Shown here in pieces: positions 57,422 to 64,000 of a stretch of 64,000 nucleotides of DNA. Both the position numbers and the translations under genes were made by a program. The stretch comes from Nymphaea colorata. Its lineage: Eukaryota. The DNA is taken from the NCBI RefSeq assembly GCF_008831285.2, contig NC_045138.2:27900001-27964000 (forward strand). The letters run 5' to 3'. The notes under the pieces are model-generated. The model did not search any database. It was not told the origin of the DNA and saw only the letters and a program-made list of their open reading frames with translations. Position 1 is the first letter of the stretch. Each line of letters opens with the position of its first letter.

Positions 57422-57849
57422 GGCCATAGTCAATGGCTTTCAGCACCACGAAGAATCGTTTCTATAGCATCAACTTTATTGTGTCCTTGGACTCTCTAAG
57501 TGCTCCCCTGTTGCTCACTTAAGAGGCTTTTTAGACAAGGCGTACTTCTGTAACAAAGCAAAAGTTAAGGTAGACCATATCTCTGCTGTATGTTTACTTC
57601 AAAACAACTATGATATGATTTCTGTTTTGTAATCCACTTCATTAATCCACGTCCCGTGTTTGCCAAATCAATTTCTTCCAGTTCTTGTTAAAGTGTTACA
57701 CAAGAAAAAGGAAATGGCAATGGTGCCCTTTAGTTTCGGGTAAAATTAAAAACATTTTTTTAGCTTACATGGACAATGTGGAAAGGAAATGACACTGCGA
57801 TTTGCACGTTCTCTAAGATGACATGATTCAAACAAGGGCTTTTTTTATA

Positions 57850-58413
57850 AATGCCACCATATCCGCCTTTGCCTATTGCTTTCTGAAAGCCATTGGTGAT
57901 CTGCAAAATTTCTGCATATGAGAAAGTGCGGCCTCTTCCTTCAACTCTTATTTTGTGGGATCGGCACATCATCTGGTTCCAAAAGTTACCGTTCAATACG
58001 GGGAAAAATAACTTGAGCATTTCTGCAAATTCATTCATTCAGCAACAATACATTCGCTCTATGATAAAATGTCGTTGAGAGATCAATTGCCTTATTCTTT
58101 AATTAAATGAATAAGGAAAGTGCGTCAATCAATTTTTTGAATGTTGAACTAACGTTCCTTTTTATTTAAGGCAATTGCTGAAACGTTCTCAATTTTTGTT
58201 GTATAAAAGGGAGAACGATTGTAATTCAAAATTGGGATCGGCTTTCCAATTTATTTCTCTTTGTCCGGTGGATATCTTTCATGCCATTGAGTGCAGCATC
58301 AATTTGCTTGTTCAGTCCGCTGTTTATGAATTCATTGTCTGAGACGTAGTAGAGACTGGTATCACTGTTAATAGTCTGAAGAGTCCCGGAGACCGCAATC
58401 GATGCTGAGGAAC
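57850..58413 (-). pseudogene. Collapsed E/F-type RLK remnant (pieces of exons 2, 4 and 9)
   Basis: GFLSIDCG piece at about 58290-58413 (similar to gene F), NWKADP piece at about 58235-58290, and [25 protein letters not shown] at 57850-57975. Confidence 0.8.
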
Positions 58414-58557
58414 CCTGTTACGATTAACATTAGGATGTAAATAGATGGGATACATTCTGTCGTGGATCTGATTTAAATCCATTTCATTGACTTAAAATAC
58501 ATTCTCATATCCGTATTTAAATTCAATTAATATTGAATTGAATTCGACGATCAAGAT

Positions 58558-60191
58558 CAGAAACGTCAGAAATATTGAATTTGAAGACGAAGACTGCAAA
58601 TAGCTCATAATTTTGCAACCGGTTCACACTCCGAACTACTTCTATTTTGTAGCCCTTGCCATTGTTTGTTTAAGTATTTATTTTGGTGTTTCTGGAATGC
58701 AGGACTATAATATATGCATGTAGGACGCAAACCACCAATAATACACCGGGATGTGAAGACGAGAAACATCCTCTTAAACGACAGATTGGAAGCAAAGATT
58801 GCAGACTTTGGCCTGTCAAAGATCCGCGTCGCAGATGAGATATTGGACTTGCCAACTGTAGTTGCTGCAACACCTGGATACATAGATCCTGACTATGTTA
58901 AAATTTCCTGCTACAAATTTGTCGCTTGTATATACTTTAACGCCTATCTACAGAGACCCTTGAGTTCAACTCTACAACAGAAATACAAGTGTTGATTTAG
59001 CTTCCCTTCCCTTTTGAAAAACATAGAAAATTTTGATGTCATGGAAAAGGAACTCTCTGGTCTTGAGTAAAGATGAAAAGAGCCAGATTCTGTAACTGAA
59101 CCTGCTCGAATCCCCTTTGCCAATTTTATCATAGACGAGCCATTTCCAACACTAATTTTTCAGATAGTTATCCCACCAATCCACTGATACTGTAACAAAT
59201 GCGCGTACTAGCTACGAACTGCCCCCATTCTGTCTACAGCCAACCAGAAACATATTGAGTATATCTAGAATATCTTTAATTTACAAATGCAATGAATGTG
59301 ATTCAGTGTTTGCTATAAACAGAAGTAAAAGGATATCTTTCCAGAATGCACCAAATTGATTTTGCTTTGCATATATATACCTTCAGCACAATATATTCAT
59401 TTGGTTGCAGCTCCTGTCAGACGTCTTAGTTGTAGATGTAGATTATACATTTATTTACCGTAATTGGAAACTTAGCTTGTGTCTGTATGTCAATTTGGGC
59501 CTGCAAGGGCTATCAGCTGAGTTGATTTTGGTTTGACGTACTTCCTTGTTTTGCTTATCTTAAAATTATGTTTATATTGCGTCATAAAAAAGTAATATCT
59601 CTATTTAGAAGACAATAGCCAGTCTGATTGGGAAATGTATAATTAATCTATGTTGTATATGAGTTCCAGTGTTAATGAATGTTGAATTTCATCCCGTGAT
59701 ATATCCAAAAGCAGGCACGAGAGTGAGAGCGTCATTTTCTATGATGAGAATAGCAGGTGTTATTCTGCAAATTCTGCTTTGTTTTCATGAACCATTTCTC
59801 TTATCATAAAAGAAGATAGGCATCTTACTTCTCTCTCTCGGAACGGGAATGCTTGTACACATGTGCAGGTAATTGCTCGACATTGGGGCCACGACGGTTT
59901 AAACTTTAAATTGTATTCCGCAAAAGCGGCGAGCCCATATTTAGATGCACATCATGTTTCTTTCCATCCAGACTGCAGTATTGCTAATCTGTGTCTCTCA
60001 AGCTTTTAATTTTGCTTTTTCATGTATTACACAACAAACGAACTTAGGGAGAAGAGCGATGTTTATAGCTTCGGAGTCGTCCTCTTCGATCTCATGACAG
60101 GGCAGAATGCTATACTCACTCAAGGACGACGACAAGTTCATCAACAGCTTTGTTCGGCATGGATCCCTTTTCGTATCCTTCTGCAAGGTAA
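58558..60191 (+). pseudogene. Gene H: 3' kinase remnant, duplicate of gene D exons 11-13
   Basis: TAA at 58708-58710, [14 protein letters not shown], last acceptor lost (CAG to CAT), most of the last exon deleted, ends PSAR* at 60191. Confidence 0.85.
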
Positions 60192-61586
60192 TCAACAATA
60201 GTTCCGGGGGCCACAGTCTATGCCTTTAATTCCCACTCACGAAGAATTGTTTCTGTAGCATCAACTTAATCCATCAATGTGATGGACATCATATTGCTGC
60301 TTCGATGCGTATGACAAGCCATTTGGTGAAAGAATTTAGTACATCACCCATTAACCACTTAACGCACGACTTCCTCTTCATTTCCTCGTTAGCCTTTTGT
60401 TCATGCAAACCCAAGATGGATAGAGAGTGACATTCTCGTACAGCTTAATGAAAAGGTGAGAGCAAAATTTCAGGCTGCTGAAGAAGTGAGACTCAAGTGT
60501 TTGACAAAATTCACGGCGGGTTCCGGTGCAAGGCTGCTGGTGATGGGCCTCCTTCCCTCTTATTCCAAATGAATCAAGAATCACATATGTACATAGACGA
60601 ATATAACTACAGACCTACCACTCAACCTTAGACAAACGACATGTGGATACAACACAGAAAGAATTGCTGAATTGAAACTTACAGAATCATGGATACAAAT
60701 CCAGAAACAACACAGACCATCTCCATCCAAGATACACAATGCCCTATATCTTGGACATGAGTGAATTGCTATGGGGGTCACGGGGGGTTCAAACAATAAT
60801 TAATGCGAGTGGCAGAGGAGGTGGGTTGGAAGGAGGGGAAGGGATGGAATGGCATGCACTGTGCAGGAATGAATTGAAATGGCAAATTATGTGTTCATCC
60901 AGTTCCATGCTTGGACAAAAAATTCATTTTTATATCGGACTAAAGAAGCTAATTTAGATATGTGCAGTTAAGTTGGTTGATTATTATCCCTGTCCAATAA
61001 TGTCTATATATCGGCAAAAGTAAGTCGCTACTTTCGCCAGTTAAGGGCTGTAAGTGCATCTGATTTAAATTGAGAATCAGAAACTAGACATTGCCAAAAA
61101 ATTTACCGCAGAATAAGCATAACAAAAAAATGGCTGATTTAGAACATCACTGCTCACCAAGTTTGCCGAAACCTGGATACAGCTGTCAATTGTTGTGATG
61201 CATTTAATTCGACACGGTTTATGTAGACCTTGTTCTTCTTTACTTTTCGGCTTAAAACCTGCAAACGTGTTTATAATTACATAAAGCATGTACTGAGTAA
61301 AGCATTTTACGCGTAGATCGTTTTAAAGATACTAAGAAAATAGTTATCACCTCATAAATTTTATTGTAATACTACGTACATCAACGACAGCCCCTGATTA
61401 CGCTGCAAAAGAGACGGATTCGTCCTGCAGCAACTGTCCCTTCTTCCTATTAGTCCAAATTATTGTGAATCAGATTATTTTGGATGCAGAAATTACTGTC
61501 CTGGTACTTCCAGGCAAACAATTACTCAAATATAATTTCATAAAACCTTGGACAAGGCGCATTTCCTTTGAAGCACTGATGTTGCA

Positions 61587-62054
61587 TTACCGTGCTGAAG
61601 GATAAACTACAGAATCCAAGTCCAGATCAGCACCACCACTTAATGATACTGATCTTGGCATTGATCCAATAGATGAACTTCTTTTCAATCGGTGAGTTTC
61701 GATGTTCATGGCCTCCATCAGTTCATTCACAACCGCTGTCATGGTAGGCCTGGCGATTGCCTTATCCGCAGTGCATGACAGTGCCGTGTCTGCAACTTTC
61801 CATATGGAATTGGTGTCATACGATTCTTGTAGCCTGGGATCTATTATGCTGGCAATTTCTCCTCTCACTATTTTAGGCGTCACCCATTGAAGGATGTGAA
61901 CTCGGCTTGATCCCAGAGCGAATATAGCTTGTCTACCTGTGACGAGCTCAAACAGGACTACCCCAAAGCTGTACACATCACTCTTTTCTGTAAGTTTATT
62001 TGTGTTGTAGTACCTACAGCAGAAAGGAGAAAGCTGAGCAATCAATATCCAAGT

Positions 62055-62106
<52 letters not shown>

Positions 62107-64000
62107 CGACAGAGAGAATTTGACATACTCAGGGTCTATATATCCAGGCGTCCCTGCGACTGCAGTTGTCATATGTGTAATGTCATCTTTAATACCGGTT
62201 TTCGATAAGCCAAAATCTGCCAATTTTGCTTCTAGATTACTATCTAATAGGATGTTGGTGGTCTTGACATCCCTGTGTACCACGGGCGGCCTGCATCCTG
62301 AATGGAGATAGTCTAGGCCTGCACTCCAAAATATTCCAATTTACACGTATATCCAAATGTGGATAATGAAAGCGAAGAGTTGGATATATTTTAGTCAAAC
62401 CTGTAGCAACATTGAGAGCTATTTGCAATCTTTGCTTCCAGTCTGGTGTACATGTTTCATCTGCAGAAGGATTTAAAGCTAAATATCTCTATGGCACACC
62501 CGTATCCGCACTCTTTCTTTTGCCTTTTCTGCTGAAATTGGGGAGACGGCTGAAGAACAAGCGCAACAGGGGATAATAATCTGACATTTTATTATGGGGA
62601 ACAAGTGGGACTGTAAACATTCATCTTCAAGGACAACAAATTCCGACATGCTTAAATAACTCGTTGGATGAGTTTTCCCCTCATCAATAAGTATACATAT
62701 TAGCTGGTTTTAACAAGCCTGAGCAGAATATGCTGTTTCTATTTAAGAGTACCTGAGAGTAGCCCCCGAAGATTTCCTCTGTCCATGTACTCATAGACTA
62801 GGATCAATTTCTCATCTTCGTCACAGAAACCAACAAAAGATGCCAAGTTCCTGTGGTGAACTTTCATTAAGAGCTCGACCTGCGGTGGCAAGTAACAGTT
62901 AGTTGTCGGCAGTTATCAATACATTTTTCCCTATTGATTCGCAATGAAGCTTGTTTCTTTTGCTTTGAAGAGGGAAACATACAGACCTCAGCAGTATATT
63001 CCTTGATTCCTTGTGGAAGAGATCTTGTCATTATCTTGACTGCAACTTCCTTGCCATCTCTTAGACATCCATAATAAACACTACCAGATCCTCCTTTGCC
63101 TATAGCTTTCTGAAAATCATTGGTGATGTGCGAAATTTCTGCATATGAGAAAGTGCGGCCTCTTCCTTCTCTTTTATGTTGTGAGATCGGCACATCATCT
63201 GGCTCCCAAAAGTTGCTTTTATTACGTAATACAGGAAAAAATTACTTTGAGCATTTTCCAAAATGGTGCAATTCATGCAGGACTGCGTTCGCTCTATTCA
63301 CCATCAAAGGAAACGATTGCAATAATTCAAAATTCAGCAAATTTTAGACGGAGGGAGATCCTCACCTCTTGGCTTTCTCTTTTTCTTCATCGTAAGGAAC
63401 GCTGAGGACAGTGATATTAACGCCACCAAAGTTGCCACCACTACGCCCGCAATTATAATGTTTTTCTTTTTCCCACCCTTTCCACCTTGGTCGCAAGGTT
63501 CTTGCTTGCAAATATGAGGGTTGCTATCGATGCTTCAATCAGATTGACGAAAGCAGAAAAGGAAGTTATTTGATGTCATTCAAATAAGAGAAATGGCATT
63601 CCAAGCATTCATTTTCAGTACATATCCAACCTTAATCTGAGGCGCCCAATATCCGCTCGTTGTTGCAATGTGCTGGGAACTGATCCGGACAAACTATTGC
63701 TTGACAAATCGCTGAGTGAACAGATAGTTCATGTAGATCAAATATTTTTTATTATGCTAGAGCGCATCTGTTTCATATAGCAGTAATAATTTAAGAACTA
63801 TCTTGTTCCTTTCGGGCAATAGCCTACTTACAGAATGGTCAAATTGGCCAGCTCTTGCAAGAAGGATGGAATTGGTCCATCGAGGTTGTTTGTTGACAGG
63901 TTCCTAAAGGAGGAGTGGCAGGGGTCATGATGATGATAATGATGGTGACGTTGAATCACAAACTACTAAGAGCAAAAACGGCCATCAGGTTCATTGGTGA
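61587..64000 (-). CDS. Gene I: malectin-like LRR-RLK, close paralogue of gene E, 5' part beyond the window
   Basis: Minus-strand exons 63903-63832, 63711-63631, 63532-63366, 63198-62987, 62879-62753, 62460-62401, 62318-62129, 62013-61587; open frame; [20 protein letters not shown], ends YPSAR*. Confidence 0.9.

Overview
Plant nuclear genomic DNA (GT-AG introns, plant transposon remnants) almost wholly occupied by a tandem cluster of malectin-like-domain LRR receptor-like kinases (LRR-I / IOS1-FRK1-like type: signal peptide, malectin-like domain, 3 LRR exons, TM, RD kinase, 13 exons). Splicing by hand gives three complete, apparently intact genes (C 17852-24331 +, E 34238-39251 -, G 51735-57421 +), two intact genes cut by the window edges (A <1-6957 +, I 61587->64000 -), four pseudogenes (B, D, F, H) and several scrambled fragments. 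A convergent plus/minus gene pair is the repeated duplication unit. Transposons are a complete TRIM with TSD, two copia-type LTR remnants, a copia RNase H fragment, a 3.5 kb non-autonomous hAT with TSD, hAT MITEs, a candidate SINE, and an intronic Harbinger-like element carrying an internally deleted fragment of an unrelated host gene (Cgr1/CCDC86-like). I found no convincing wholly new system. The best leads are the captured gene fragment, the paired-gene unit, a clade-specific Gly-to-Cys change in the kinase P-loop, and a doubled 127-nt kinase exon. Exon coordinates were read by eye, and family assignments come from recalled motifs, not database searches.
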